Assembly: GCA_977018835.1 (NCBI GenBank)
Contig: OZ361257.1
Location: 4,216,001 to 4,280,000 of the forward strand
Length of the DNA: 64,000 bases
Origin: Minutocellus sp. GHC0000111
Lineage: Eukaryota
Direction of reading: 5' to 3'
Shown: piece by piece, positions 10,858 to 22,622 of the stretch
Layout: every line of letters starts with the position of its first letter
How positions within the stretch are numbered: position 1 is the first letter of the stretch
Notes under the pieces: model-generated
What the model was told of the DNA's origin: nothing
Databases searched by the model: none
What the model saw: the letters and a program-made list of their open reading frames with translations, nothing else
Position numbers and translations under genes: made by a program

Positions 10858-11352
10858 AATTAGAAAATGAAATTACACTGCTGCCACACAATGACAAATG
10901 AATTGCACAATCCAACTTTTACAAACAGCATCGCGATTGAGCAAAAAAGTAAATAGTACACCCAAACAAACAAATCATGTCCTTCTTAACTCACCCATTT
11001 ATCTCCCAGACCAAAAAGTCCCTTTGTCGGGTTGATTGTTGCATAAACTTATCCCAACACTATCTGTCTCTCCTCGGGCGCAAAATTATTGTCGGAACTC
11101 CGGGAGGTCGAGTGGGGATGCGATCGGTCGGGATCAGCGAGAGTCGGTCATACGGGGGGTGCGGCGCAATCCCGGCAGTTTATCATCAACAACAACGTGG
11201 GAAAGTACCAGAGGGTCTGGGGCATCACAACGGGAGCACGACGAGCACAAAGACGGAGCAATGGTGCCACCCCAGAGAAACGAACGGCCGACAGATGGAG
11301 GAAAAGCAGGCCGATGGTTCGTGGCGTTGATACGCAGCGGAGGCCAATCTGA

Positions 11353-13017
11353 GGATACAGTAAGCTTCAACTATATCCAAACATGATAATGAATGCGTAT
11401 TTGGTACGAAAATATAGTTATGCGCCGGCGCAACGCCGACGGACCACCATGGTGTTGGACGGTCAAAGAATGGGTGACGAACGAGATTGGGTTTTGGTGG
11501 GTTTCTTCGTGACGTGTTCGTCTTCTGCCGAAAAACGCTTCATCCGACCGGCGAAACAAGACGAGATGGGGCTGTGATACTGCTTCCCAACGAGTGCCGA
11601 TGATTCATCTGATTCGGCCGCCTTCCGTTCTGTCATCGACGATCTTGCAACGGCGACCCGGCGGTATACTGCACCATGTCTCTTTGCAATTGCCAAGTGC
11701 AGGGAGCAGGCAAAGGTGGACTATTCGGTGCTGTCCAGCGCAGAGCATGGTGCACGATTTTCGGGATGGATGAAGGCGTATGGTGCTCTACCTGCATCTG
11801 AGAAGGCGATGTGGGAGATGAAGAGGAGATCTCATCTGGCTATGCAGCCATACATTCGAGATGTAATTGTTGATGCTCTGATACGAAATCCTCGGGAATC
11901 TTGGCGGGAGCTGGAGGTGGATGTCAACTTTTGGTGTTCCTACTCGGCAATACGGCGGTGGATAATGTCGCGGGAAGGGTTCCGGTACTATGCCGAAAGG
12001 ATCATCCCTCTCCTTACTACACATCAGATGGAGAAACATTTGGCATTTGCGCGGAAATTCCGAAACAATTGGGGGCTCGGCGGTGGCAAGTTTCTCCTTG
12101 TTATGTTCGATGAGAAGTGGTTTTGGGGCTTGGTTCTTCGATCGTATGCCAAGCAAGTTGCAGAATTGGGTATTGATCCTCGGTCCTTCTCGGCATATCA
12201 CCGAAATCACATCAACAAGTGCATGGTGGTGGCTGTCACTGCCTTGGCTTTTATTGACAGCATTGAGAATGGCGGCATTGCGTTCAAGCTTGGACTTTTT
12301 CGGGCTCAGGCGCATAAAATTGCGAGGCAGATGGTAAGGGAGGCGGTGCGGCAGGCAGATGGTAGAATCAAATATTGCGGCCCGGTGGTTCGGAAGAAAG
12401 ACGATCTATACCTTGTGGATTGCGCGGTGACTGGATGCAGCCATGGCACCCTTGATAATCCCAAGTTCCCACTGAAAGCTTTGTTTGAGAACAAGATATT
12501 TCCGGATGTTGAGGCTTTGGTCGGACCTGGCGGAAAGTTTGAAGGCTATGTCCCTATTTTCCAGGGCGACAATGCTGGGCCCCATGCCGAGACTGAATTT
12601 GTGGAATATGTGGAAGGATACTGTCGGGACAAGGGATGGCGTTGGGAACCTCAGGCCCCGCAAATGCCCCATATGAATGTTCTTGATCTGTCTGTTTTCC
12701 CTTGCATGTCAAAGCAGCATACAATGTTGTGCCGCGATCGGGAGGGGCTGAAGGTTTTGACAGAGGATCAGACTTGGGATGCAGCGGAGGAAGTTTGGAT
12801 GGGGCTGGAAAACTGGAAGATCGCATCGGCATACATCCAGGCTCATAGAATTGCAAAGAAGGTAATCGTTGCAAAAGGCAACAATGATTTTCTTGGAAAC
12901 GGTGAAGGCATTCATGTTGGGGTGCGAAAGGATTTCAGGCCGACTGAAAATGGCATGGTTCGGATAGATGGGAAAATTATCGCTCCTCCTCCTGCTGATC
13001 CAACCATGGATAATTAG
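11353..13017 (+). mobile_element. Tc1/mariner-superfamily transposase, DD38D spacing; N-terminal part interrupted by TGA at 11575-11577
   Basis: MFDEKWF, QGDNAGPH, QAPQMPHMNVLDLSVF resemble the plant/oomycete DD39D mariner motifs. The frame upstream of 11716 (SVIDDLATA..IAKCRE) aligns with the copy at 41.2 kb. Confidence 0.9.
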
Positions 13018-13319
13018 TCCTGCTGTGCTTTTAAGTTATATTGTGTTTAATAATACTAGATTGGATTGTAGATCTGGATACTAGCTGCTGCAATACATGT
13101 ACTTTGCACTGTACATGTATTCAATGCCGGTAGATCTAAGATTCAGGCGGTTGCGGGCCCAAAAAGTCGCTGTTTTGGTCCCGACCCTGCGCTGCGCTCG
13201 ATTTCTCGCGAAACGGACTTCGTACACATTACCGGCCTCCGGCCCTCTACTGACTCGTACTCGTTCAACCCAGAACCGAACCCACATGTGAACCCACCAG
13301 ATCAGCACGTTAATAGCAA

Positions 13320-14766
13320 ATGGCTTGCCATGTACTGATAACGTAGACGAGGGTTGTGCAAGCCTCGACGCTGAGGATTATGCCCTGCTCGGCTTGGTAG
13401 TTCTCACAGATCAGGGCGACGACAGACAGAGCGATGCAGCGAATGCCTGTACTCGTAAAACGCCTCACGCTGAAGGAGCAGCTACATGCACTACTTCAAG
13501 CACCAGAATACACGTCAGGGCACCAAGACCTGGGACGAAACGTGGCCTTCCAAATGATTACAAGTTATCGAAGCAAACGAAGCGAAGGGGCACCGGCTTT
13601 ATTGACCTAACTGGTGTGCCGCCGCAGCCCCTCATTCTCAAGAATCAACTGAGTGCGACGTGCTACCAGGACAATTCCCGACGTCGGCCGATTGGAAAGG
13701 GTAGCTCCAAGTACACTGGAGCGTTTTATAAGAAAAAAATGCAAAAGTGGGAGGCTCGGATAATGGTTCAAGGTAAGGCGCGGTTTATTGGGTACTACGA
13801 CAAGGAGGAAGACGCCGCAGCGGATTATGCCAGGGCGGCCTTCAAGTACAAGCCAAAGAAACAATCTCTTGACACCTATGGCGGCTGGGATCTCAGTGGT
13901 GTTCCGAACGATTTGCCGCTGATTCGAAATGAAAGAAATGCAACTGGATACGTTGGTGTAAAACCCAACAAGGGGCGCTTCACGGCATACATTGGCCGTA
14001 CGAATAAAACCCTGGGCACATTCGATACTGCCGAGGAAGCCGCATTGATTTATGCAAGGGCCAAGTACTATTTGGAGCAAAGCGAGCTATCGAAGCCAAA
14101 AGACACTCCCTTCTTCGACCTGACTGGCGTACCGCCGCAGCCACTCATTCTCAAGAATCAACTGAGTGCGACGTGCTACCAGGACAATTCCCGACGTCGA
14201 CCGATTAGGGAGGGTAGTTCCAAGTACACCGGGGTATACTATGATAAGGAATCGGAAAAGTGGAAGGCACAGATCATAGTGCAGGGGAAGCTACGTTTTA
14301 TCGGGCATTACGACAAGGAGGAAGACGCCGCGGCAGATTATGCCAGGGCGGCGTTCAAGTACAAGCCAAAAAAACAATCTCTTGACACCTATGGCGGTCT
14401 GGACCTGAGCGGCGTATCCAAAACGCTACCGCTGATTCGAAGCGAGAGAAGTGAAATTGGATACGCTGGTATAAAACTCAAGAAGGAGCGCTTCCAGGTA
14501 CGAATCAGTATTGGTGGAGGGAAAACCAAGACTCTGGGTACATTCGATACTGCCGAGGAAGCCGCGTTGATTTATGCAAGGGCCAAGTACTATTTGGGTC
14601 AAAATGGTCGATCTTCAGACGTAAATGAAAAAAGGAAGCAGCGGTATTAGAAACGACTTCTGAAGAGGCAAGCGAAGATAGCGAAGCAAATTCTGATGAT
14701 GAAGATCCTGTGGACTCGTACTTTATTGATAGTGCTGGCGACAAGGTCGACGGAGTTGCTGTATAA
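13320..14766 (+). CDS. Multi-AP2-domain DNA-binding protein (4 AP2-like domains), probably disrupted at both ends
   Basis: SSKYTG.....KW.A.I.VQGK.RFIG.YD.EEDAA.DYARAA and GY.G.K..K.RF...I.....TLGTFDT.EEAA.IYARA each occur twice. ATG 13320 is 1 nt out of frame relative to the paralogue. An acidic tail (ETTSEEASEDSE..GVAV*) follows in another frame after an A-run at ~14630. Confidence 0.8.
13604..14597 (+). repeat. Internal tandem duplication (period ~513 bp) of a two-AP2 unit
   Basis: 13604-14075 and 14117-14597 share long identical stretches, e.g. CTCATTCTCAAGAATCAACTGAGTGCGACGTGCTACCAGGACAATTCCCGACGTCG. Confidence 0.92.
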
Positions 14767-15153
14767 AGTCGAGTTCCATGAAACCAATTATCGTTTTGAA
14801 GCCAACTTCCGTGAGAATTTGGAACGAGACGCTTGAGAATTTGAAAGTGGGGGCAGAACGAGAAAGTTGGAACCAAGCGCTCAAATCGTGACTTAGACTC
14901 AAATGAAGAGAAATACTGCCACCTATGTATCGGACATGGATACATGTACTCTTCTTAAAAGCGTCTGAATATAAAAATGTTGTACATAAAACACAAGTGA
15001 GAAGCACGGTCTGTTCTCGCCTCTGACCGGTACAAAGTCCTCAATCATTCTATTCTATTTTTAATATCATCCCACTGTGCATATCAACCATTCTACCATG
15101 AAGGGTGCCGTAATGGTATTGCAATATCCCATGTGTTCGACTTCGTTTGCTTC

Positions 15154-15747
15154 TTACCGCCGTCTCTTGGCAAGTTGCCTCCTCCGTCCTCTTAGTAGAT
15201 AGCTGATTGACCCACTGGTCCTGTATGAGTCGGGTGATACCACATTGGCACTCTCGGCGCTGCCATTGATTGTCTCAACAGTCGTGATGACAGTCGCATT
15301 TTCGGAAGGGCCAGTTACGTCTCCCATATCGCCTGGAACCTGAGCGATCGAAATAGATGGTTTGTCAAGCATGGCCTCGGTCGTGTTGAGGGAAGGTTCA
15401 TTTCCCATATCAGCAGGAACCTGCGTGTTTTCACCCTGATTGGGAGTATCGTGGGTAGGCATTGCGACGGTCGTGTTGCCGGGTTGGCTAGCATGTGCTT
15501 CGTCGCCAGCATCAGTGCCCATCTCGTCGTCAGCGTCTGTGCCAGTTTTGTAACGAACGAGACTTAGGTCGACAGGGGGAGTGACACTCGTCTTTGTCTT
15601 AGTTATGGTAACGCTCCCTTCGCCCCGACTTGCCATAGCGAGCAATTCGGCTGCACTTTGAGCCGATGTGAAGGACGGCGTGCTGGAGGAGAAGGAAAGT
15701 AGCCAAAGTAGCGCCAGGGCTGGTCGACCGGAGATTTTGGATTTCAT
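15154..15747 (-). CDS. Secreted low-complexity Thr/Ser/Pro-rich protein of unknown function
   Basis: Hydrophobic N-terminus (ALALLWLLSF), repeated VP.DMG and N.T sequons, C-terminal LRG..RRQL. Confidence 0.55.
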   Translation of the reverse strand: MKSKISGRPALALLWLLSFSSSTPSFTSAQSAAELLAMASRGEGSVTITKTKTSVTPPVDLSLVRYKTGTDADDEMGTDAGDEAHASQPGNTTVAMPTHDTPNQGENTQVPADMGNEPSLNTTEAMLDKPSISIAQVPGDMGDVTGPSENATVITTVETINGSAESANVVSPDSYRTSGSISYLLRGRRRQLAKRRR

Positions 15748-16544
15748 GCTTACGATGCAATGAGTTGTGTGGGCCGGCTAGCACGGTCGTAGTCAACGCA
15801 AATGTGGCAGGAACCAACGGTGGCTTGAAACCTTCTTTTGCACCACGATGATTATTGTCGAAAGAGTTCGGCCGTCAGCAGCAGCAGCAGCCAGCAACAT
15901 ACATGCATGGCACAGACTCTAGCTTCATTCTTGCCTTCGAGCTGCTTTTCCCAAAAATAAAACGGCACATGTGAGTTGAGTCGGACGAGACCCATGACAA
16001 AAACACAACCCTGCATTCCCTCAAATCTCTGTCTTGCGGAGACCCCTCCTCTTCTATCCATTTAGTCGGTCGAACGAGTCCAAAATTGACTATTGTCGCA
16101 TCTTCGGGCAGGTGGATCGACCTCCCCATCGCATCACGACCACGCACCGCACGAACGAGCACATGGCGGGAATCACGGCTCTCGTCAGCCGCATCAAGTC
16201 AGTGGAAGTGTGGACTTCTCGAAGCTCTTCGACTCATTCATTCTATCACAGATTCATTCCAATCGTTCGCTTCATACCACCCTATTATCGGCATAAGCCA
16301 GTATCTTTTCATTTCTGAACGAGCACAACTCGTGTTCACTTTCTTTTTGATCGATCGATTTGTAGCCAAAGAACATTCCCTGGACTTGACACGACCATTC
16401 CTGGAATATCCATTTAGTCATGTCTGCACTGCACCCACGTTCCCACCAAAGTCCATCCGAACGCGCAGCTCAACGCATCACATACGCACAAACGCATTTG
16501 CAGCACATAAGTAACTGCAATCGTATCTTCTGAATTATATTACT

Positions 16545-19529
16545 ATGAACACCCACAAACTAAATCCATCGGCCGCATCTCCCGTCAATATATCCAAGAC
16601 GACCTTAAATATGACAACGAATGCCAGTTCTGCTCCAACAAACGCCAGCGGCAATCCATTCGACGACCCGGCAGCCACTGCCCAAATTTCGACCAGTCAG
16701 CAGCAAACTTCTCTGGTCGGAGGTCCTCGAAGCGTCACGACGAACGCAAACGCTGGTATTTCCTCGTCAGCTCAGCCGCCGGTTGTGCCGCCGTTTGGCA
16801 CTGGAGCTGCCAATGCAGCCGCCACAGCTGGACCTCCTCAGCCCCAGCCTTCGGTAGCTGCTCAGAATCCATTCGACGATCCCGAGCTGATCCGCTCGGT
16901 CGTTGGCGCTGGTACTTCTACCGGCACTAGCATGCGTCCTCCTCTGGCAGGATCGATCGGCGGTGGGATTCCATCTGGAGGTTCAGCCATCGCTCCGGGA
17001 CAGCACGTACGACCCGGCCATCGATCCTCTCGCACTCTGTGCACTTCCGAACTATCCTCGGTCGCCGCTCAAGCTGCAGCCAGTGCTGCCGCTTATGCTG
17101 CACCGGCACCATTCCCCTCAAAGTCTGCAGCGACCACGCCGACCAACGCATCGTCACCGACTCATTCCAACCCCCATTCCACACTCTCCACACCGCCCAG
17201 TGCCAGCCCCACCGTGCCCAACAAGCAGACGGTTCAGGCATTGTCGGATTTGGCCGCGGCACTATCCTCGGCCCGGCCTCGTGCCAACGCCGCCGAGGAG
17301 GCGCAGGAGGAGGCAGCGGCCCTGGCACGCGTCACGCTCGGAGAGTACGCCGTGGACAGCACCGGCGACAAGAAGAGTCATGCGGCGAAAAAGAAGGGAC
17401 ATCGACGTATCGGAAGTGGTGGGGTTGGAGGTCCTGGAATCGTCGGTGGTGCCATGGACAGCAACGTGGCTGTATCACCTGGTAGCTCCCTGACGAAAAA
17501 GGCGGGAGGGGGTGGTGCTGGCCATCGCCGATCGGGGTCGATAGACAAGTTCAAGTCCCTCCTCACCGCATCACCGTCTGGCAAGGCCCCGTCACCTCTC
17601 ACCATCAGTCCCATGCGCCATCGCAAGAGTGCCAGCTTGAACACCGCCGACATGATGGACTTGGTCGACAGTATCAACGAAGCGGGTGGCGGATCGCGAA
17701 CCAACAGCATTGCGCATGGCAAGGGTGCCAAGATATTTGGAAGCATGATGGAAAAGATGTCCCCCCGTGGTGCCGGTAGAGGTAGCATCGGAGGTAGCAG
17801 CAAGGGATCGGCCGGAAGTGCCGGTGGTATACCCTTTGCCCCATCCATTGCCCCGGCATCGGAGAATGTAGGCGACGACAAGCTGAAAGATAGCAGCCAC
17901 GGTGGCGACGGTGGTGGTATGAGAGACATGTACCAGGCCCGTCGAAAGGAGGCGGCAGCTAGTGGTGGGGGTGGCAACCCTTTTGTTTCGGAAACATCGC
18001 TTTTGGGCACAGACTTTATCCCCTCGGTTCCCGATCTCGGTATAATGGTGGGCAGTTTTGATGATGATGACGACAGTATTGATACGCCCAGTGAGAGCGA
18101 CAGTGTGGTAGATGCTGCCAAGGCTGATGATGAGAAGGGACAGAACAATGAGGTACAGAGCCACGAGAGCTCGCACAGCGACAAGGACGACGAGAACACC
18201 GAAGCTGCAGTTCCCTTCAAGAGAAGTTCGCTGACCCATATGCCACCTCCATCGGCTGTTGAGTCGGAGACATTGCCATCAATGCGATCATCTGAACAAG
18301 AACCGGCTCCCCATCAAGTTGAGATTCCGCCCATTGGTGATTTCGTTCTTCATGCCAAGCTCTGCAACGTCCTCGATGAGTATCGAAAGGTCGATCAGAA
18401 CTTTGACTTTGCATCGCTTGTGGGAATGGATCGAACGGAATTGGAGGAATTTGCGAATGGTTCTGGCGGTGGAAATACCACCCTTCAGGAATCGCACAGG
18501 CCCATCGTGTCTTCGATTGTCGAATCTGGTGATGATGTCGTCGTCGAAGGCTTTGTCCACGAGGTTGGAAGCTGCTCCCACGGAGATGCGCAGGATGATA
18601 CCGGCACAGCTCGCGATAAAGCCCCCGACGATCGAGTTGAGGCTGCCATCTTCTACAGTGCCAAGAACCGGCAATTCATCGTGGCATGGCGAGGCCCAAG
18701 TCATGACCAGGCCAAGCCGGTCCGAAACCGTCACCTCAAGGCTGCCAAGGATATGCTTGCCCACGACCCTCATAGCACCAATCTTAGCGCCGAGCAGGCC
18801 GTTCCTGTTTTCCCTGCCTACCGAGACTCGTACTTCAAGCCTGGCGTCGAAGAGGGTGTATTTACATTGCTCGATGAGCTAGCAGATCGCACTCCCTTCT
18901 GCGACGTCGTGATGACCGGTCACTCGTTTGGATCAGCTCTAGCGACACTCGCTGGAGCTCGATTTGCCAGCTCCCGATCGCAACTTCGCGTTTGTTGCAG
19001 TCTCTTTGGATCTCCCAGGGTTGGAGGAGTAGAGTTCCGTCACTGGGCCAACTCTTTGCCTAATCTCAAGGTTTTGAGAGTCGAATATGGTTCTGATCCA
19101 TGGGTGATGGCTCCTGAGGGTGCACCCTGGTCAAACGTCGGCCACTCCATTGCAATCGATTCCACCGTCACATCCGTCAGCGAGAAAGACTTCAAGATGG
19201 AGAGCCTTCACCCCAAGCTCGGCGATCATGCCAAGAAGGACGAGGAAGAGAAGAAGGTTCCGGTCATCGCGAGGGCTTATCGCTTCGATCAGCATCGTCC
19301 CTCCGCTTCAGCTGGCAAACAATTCCTTTCCACTGTTGCCAAGAGCATGACGGGAGGTCATCACGTCGCTACTAAATCAGAAAAGGGCGATCATGAATTG
19401 AGTGTATATGTTTATGCGGTGGAAAGGATTGCCAACCTCAAAATCCCCTGGGTATCAGACTTTGTCGGCGAAGATGCTGGCGAGGGCGTCATTGGAAAGG
19501 GTGGTCATGATAGGCGAATGTTTGTCTAA
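16545..19529 (+). CDS. Class 3 lipase-domain protein with a long disordered N-terminus
   Basis: 994-aa ORF with FIVAWRG, VVMTGHSFGSALATL (GxSxG), FGSPRVG, DPW and DH.L..Y. Confidence 0.9.
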   Translation: MNTHKLNPSAASPVNISKTTLNMTTNASSAPTNASGNPFDDPAATAQISTSQQQTSLVGGPRSVTTNANAGISSSAQPPVVPPFGTGAANAAATAGPPQPQPSVAAQNPFDDPELIRSVVGAGTSTGTSMRPPLAGSIGGGIPSGGSAIAPGQHVRPGHRSSRTLCTSELSSVAAQAAASAAAYAAPAPFPSKSAATTPTNASSPTHSNPHSTLSTPPSASPTVPNKQTVQALSDLAAALSSARPRANAAEEAQEEAAALARVTLGEYAVDSTGDKKSHAAKKKGHRRIGSGGVGGPGIVGGAMDSNVAVSPGSSLTKKAGGGGAGHRRSGSIDKFKSLLTASPSGKAPSPLTISPMRHRKSASLNTADMMDLVDSINEAGGGSRTNSIAHGKGAKIFGSMMEKMSPRGAGRGSIGGSSKGSAGSAGGIPFAPSIAPASENVGDDKLKDSSHGGDGGGMRDMYQARRKEAAASGGGGNPFVSETSLLGTDFIPSVPDLGIMVGSFDDDDDSIDTPSESDSVVDAAKADDEKGQNNEVQSHESSHSDKDDENTEAAVPFKRSSLTHMPPPSAVESETLPSMRSSEQEPAPHQVEIPPIGDFVLHAKLCNVLDEYRKVDQNFDFASLVGMDRTELEEFANGSGGGNTTLQESHRPIVSSIVESGDDVVVEGFVHEVGSCSHGDAQDDTGTARDKAPDDRVEAAIFYSAKNRQFIVAWRGPSHDQAKPVRNRHLKAAKDMLAHDPHSTNLSAEQAVPVFPAYRDSYFKPGVEEGVFTLLDELADRTPFCDVVMTGHSFGSALATLAGARFASSRSQLRVCCSLFGSPRVGGVEFRHWANSLPNLKVLRVEYGSDPWVMAPEGAPWSNVGHSIAIDSTVTSVSEKDFKMESLHPKLGDHAKKDEEEKKVPVIARAYRFDQHRPSASAGKQFLSTVAKSMTGGHHVATKSEKGDHELSVYVYAVERIANLKIPWVSDFVGEDAGEGVIGKGGHDRRMFV

Positions 19530-19726
19530 AGAGTGCAAAATTATCGAAGTCAATATTGAGATATGCATAGAACATGGTGTACAATCTCATAATCAATATC
19601 TTTAAAAAATCAATTACAACTGTTACATTAATCTCAAAAAGGAATTATCAGAATTTTTCATGTAGAAAACTCTGTACATGCGATATTTAAAGGAAACGTT
19701 TTGTGAGTCAAACGAGCTCATCGCAT

Positions 19727-20551
19727 TCAGTCATAATCAACTGTGCAGTCCCTCAAATCAATCTCGTACTCTGAGCCAAGTGGAGAGTAGTTACTCCCAT
19801 AAAGGTCTCTAGTTGTCTGGGCAAAGCTTGAGTCGCCGGATGTGCATGCAATGTTGCGAAATCCACACTTGAGGGTGGCTGTAATGTCGGAATTGCCATT
19901 TTCAAGATTACGGCGACAGCCGAGTTCGCGTCCTTCTCCCTCTATAAGAGCACGGCGACGACAAGCAAGTTCACGGCCACTGCCCTCCTTGAGATTGCGA
20001 CGATCGCAGCAATAATCGTAGTCGGTCACAATATAGAACTCAATGCCCAAGTTTCTGTTTCTATCCTTGGTCACTGCCTCGGTGGAATCCTGGAGATGGC
20101 GGCCGCGGGTGGGGCATGATCCGAAGTTGGTGTCCGTCAGCTCGAAGGTGGCCCTTTGACCGGGGATCATGGGACAATAGAGAATGGTCTTGGGGACCCT
20201 GCAGTCGTCGCAGGGCTTCTCAAACGTCTCACAGGCGTCGATGCTGAAGCTACTACCTATGCTATCCTTGAAAGAAACAGACTCTTGCGTTGGGTTCCAC
20301 TCGAATGCAAAGCCTCCAACTTCTCCGTCGTTGTTGGCGATGATGTCGATAACGCCGCTGATTTCCTCCTCTTCACAGGGACAAGAATTGCTGCCGCTGC
20401 CCCCTCCGCTGCTTGCGTTGTCAGCGGCGACAGCATCGAGTGCAGCGTCAGGAACCATGGCGACATCGGCAGCGGCATCCTGAGTGCGGCGGTTGACGCG
20501 AGCCTCGGCGGTGAAAAAGGTGAGGGCGACGATAGCAGTAGAGAGCTTCAT
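19727..20551 (-). CDS. Secreted Cys-rich protein with repeated RxL motifs
   Basis: Signal peptide MKLSTAIVALTFFTAEA; RHLQ, RNL and REL repeats; many Cys. Confidence 0.75.
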   Translation of the reverse strand: MKLSTAIVALTFFTAEARVNRRTQDAAADVAMVPDAALDAVAADNASSGGGSGSNSCPCEEEEISGVIDIIANNDGEVGGFAFEWNPTQESVSFKDSIGSSFSIDACETFEKPCDDCRVPKTILYCPMIPGQRATFELTDTNFGSCPTRGRHLQDSTEAVTKDRNRNLGIEFYIVTDYDYCCDRRNLKEGSGRELACRRRALIEGEGRELGCRRNLENGNSDITATLKCGFRNIACTSGDSSFAQTTRDLYGSNYSPLGSEYEIDLRDCTVDYD

Positions 20552-21612
20552 TGTGCTTTATTGGATTGGCAGTCTGTTAATGAAGGTTGTTTTGAAAAAT
20601 TAACAGAAATGGAGGGGGGAAATTATGCGTAAAATTAAGTTGGATCTAGTTATGTTCTCGGATCGCAACATTAATTTGGACAAATATCATTTCAAACGCA
20701 ATCATGTGCGGCTATTGCCTTAGCATCTCATGCAATTGAGATTTTCCTTACCTTTCACAACTCTTCGATTGGGAAAAAGTGAACCGAAGTGGAATATTGT
20801 GATCGCCGATGGCTCTACTGGATGGAACAGATTGCCTTTGCTTCAGCGATGCGATGGGAGCTTTTTGCCCGTCGCCAAAGAAAACCCAACCGCCGGAACC
20901 CTCGCCAAAATATGAATGTGTGTAGTCGGTGAGAATGAAGATCGAAACAAGTCAGGGCATCTTCTTCTGTCGCAATTGTCCCCTAAAACCACTATCTTCA
21001 AATATGTTTTCGTGGTGACGCCAAATCGAGACATGGAATGTTGGTTTTTGAGGGCTTTGTGACACACTGCCAGGACTGTGCCGCATTCTTGTTGAGGATT
21101 TGGCGAAGGCCGAGCATTTATTTGCCATTGTATCTTGGCTGTATCTGAGATTAGAGATGCGCTCTGGTAGATTTCTATCGCACATGACGTGCACCTTCTT
21201 CAGAATGAAACTCTCGAACGCCTTCTTGGTGCTCCTGCCACTCTGCGGCGCTGTTGCCGCCAGTTCCAGCAAACGTCGGGCTGGTCGTCGAAACCTCGAC
21301 ATTTGAATTACCCGTCAATTAGTGCGTGTCACCGGTAGCAATGGGAGCGTTGGCGCAAGCCTCAGCCTCGGCCGGGGGTGGAGTGCTCCTGCTGATCCCA
21401 ATTTTCTTGCTGATCCCGACTTTTTGCTGGGACTAAAAAGTTCTTCTGCCATGAAGGATTGGCCCGTCGAATCCCACAGTGGCCATGACTGAGCCGATCG
21501 GCCGCAATGATTGTTTTACTTCGCCTGACTTTTCTCGCGGATCACAATTTACTCTGAGCAACCTTTCCATACACAAAAGCAACATACCAGCTGAAAAACA
21601 AATCCTTTCACC

Positions 21613-22137
21613 ATGGTCATCAAAACTTCATCCAACGCTGACGCCGAGCAGGTCACCGTCAATTCTCTTGCAACAACTCACAAGTCTACTTTGTCGGTCT
21701 CTGCCGATACGAACTCGCCCTCGTCTTTCGCATTGCTCGACATGTCAGCCAAGGTCGACGAGATTAGGTCCTACTTTGCAGAGCTCGATGGCTCCAAAGA
21801 TGCATGGGAGCGCTTCGAACCAAAATTCAATGCGCTCACCCATCCTGACCTCGTCATCGAGGCTGGTCCAGGCCACACCATGTCGCACGACGATCTGAAA
21901 TCTATCTGTCGGGACAAGCTCATACCGAATGGATGCGGCGTGGTCATACTGGATGTGACTGATAATGGCGACGGCACAATCACATATGTGAAGCAGAATA
22001 TCCTGCCTGGTTGTGAGAGAGATGGTCAGATCACTGCGCAGCGTGCCTGCTTTGCCGACGATGGAAAGATCGTTAGAATTACAAGTTCCGAAGAACTAGG
22101 GCAAGTGTTTGAACAAGTCCGGGCGATGAAAAGTTAG
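21613..22137 (+). CDS. Small hypothetical protein, possibly SnoaL/NTF2-like fold
   Basis: ATG-initiated 174-aa ORF; the pattern IRSYF..LD..F.AL.HPDLVI ... DGKIVRI suggests the fold (inference). Confidence 0.55.
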   Translation: MVIKTSSNADAEQVTVNSLATTHKSTLSVSADTNSPSSFALLDMSAKVDEIRSYFAELDGSKDAWERFEPKFNALTHPDLVIEAGPGHTMSHDDLKSICRDKLIPNGCGVVILDVTDNGDGTITYVKQNILPGCERDGQITAQRACFADDGKIVRITSSEELGQVFEQVRAMKS

Positions 22138-22622
22138 TATGGCACACAATAATATGAACTAAAATGACAATACATCCCAAAGTACTGGTGCATGCTGTTG
22201 GGATTGTAGCAATAACATGTTCTTGAGGTGACGCGCTCCTCACAACGGCATTCTTTCTCTGTTTCATCATAAAGAAATCTGTTACGCGCACAGGTTTCTT
22301 AATTTGCACATTTGGAAAAGGAAAATTTCAGGCGTGGATTTTTTAGCGCGCAACAAGCAGATGTTCAACAAACGAGCTGAGCTCTCAACCGATGTTGCTT
22401 TTCAATACATATCATGCGCCAAGGCAGTGCTTTGATTCATATATGTGTAGCAGCATTCGATTGGAATCGAATCGGCGCTTCGATACGATGCAACTTAGAA
22501 TCGGTTGATCCATCGCCGAAGGTTCCGCCCGGTCTTGTCTCGCGACACAATAGGCCATCCTACTAGTACATTTGCCGCCTTCTTTTCTCGGGCTACTTTG
22601 ACTTTCACTTTGGTCCGCCATC

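Noticed and set aside
20950..21440. Possible transposon-end-like sequence and short GCTGATCCC repeats
   Set aside because: No matching inverted partner, TSD or coding remnant found by eye.
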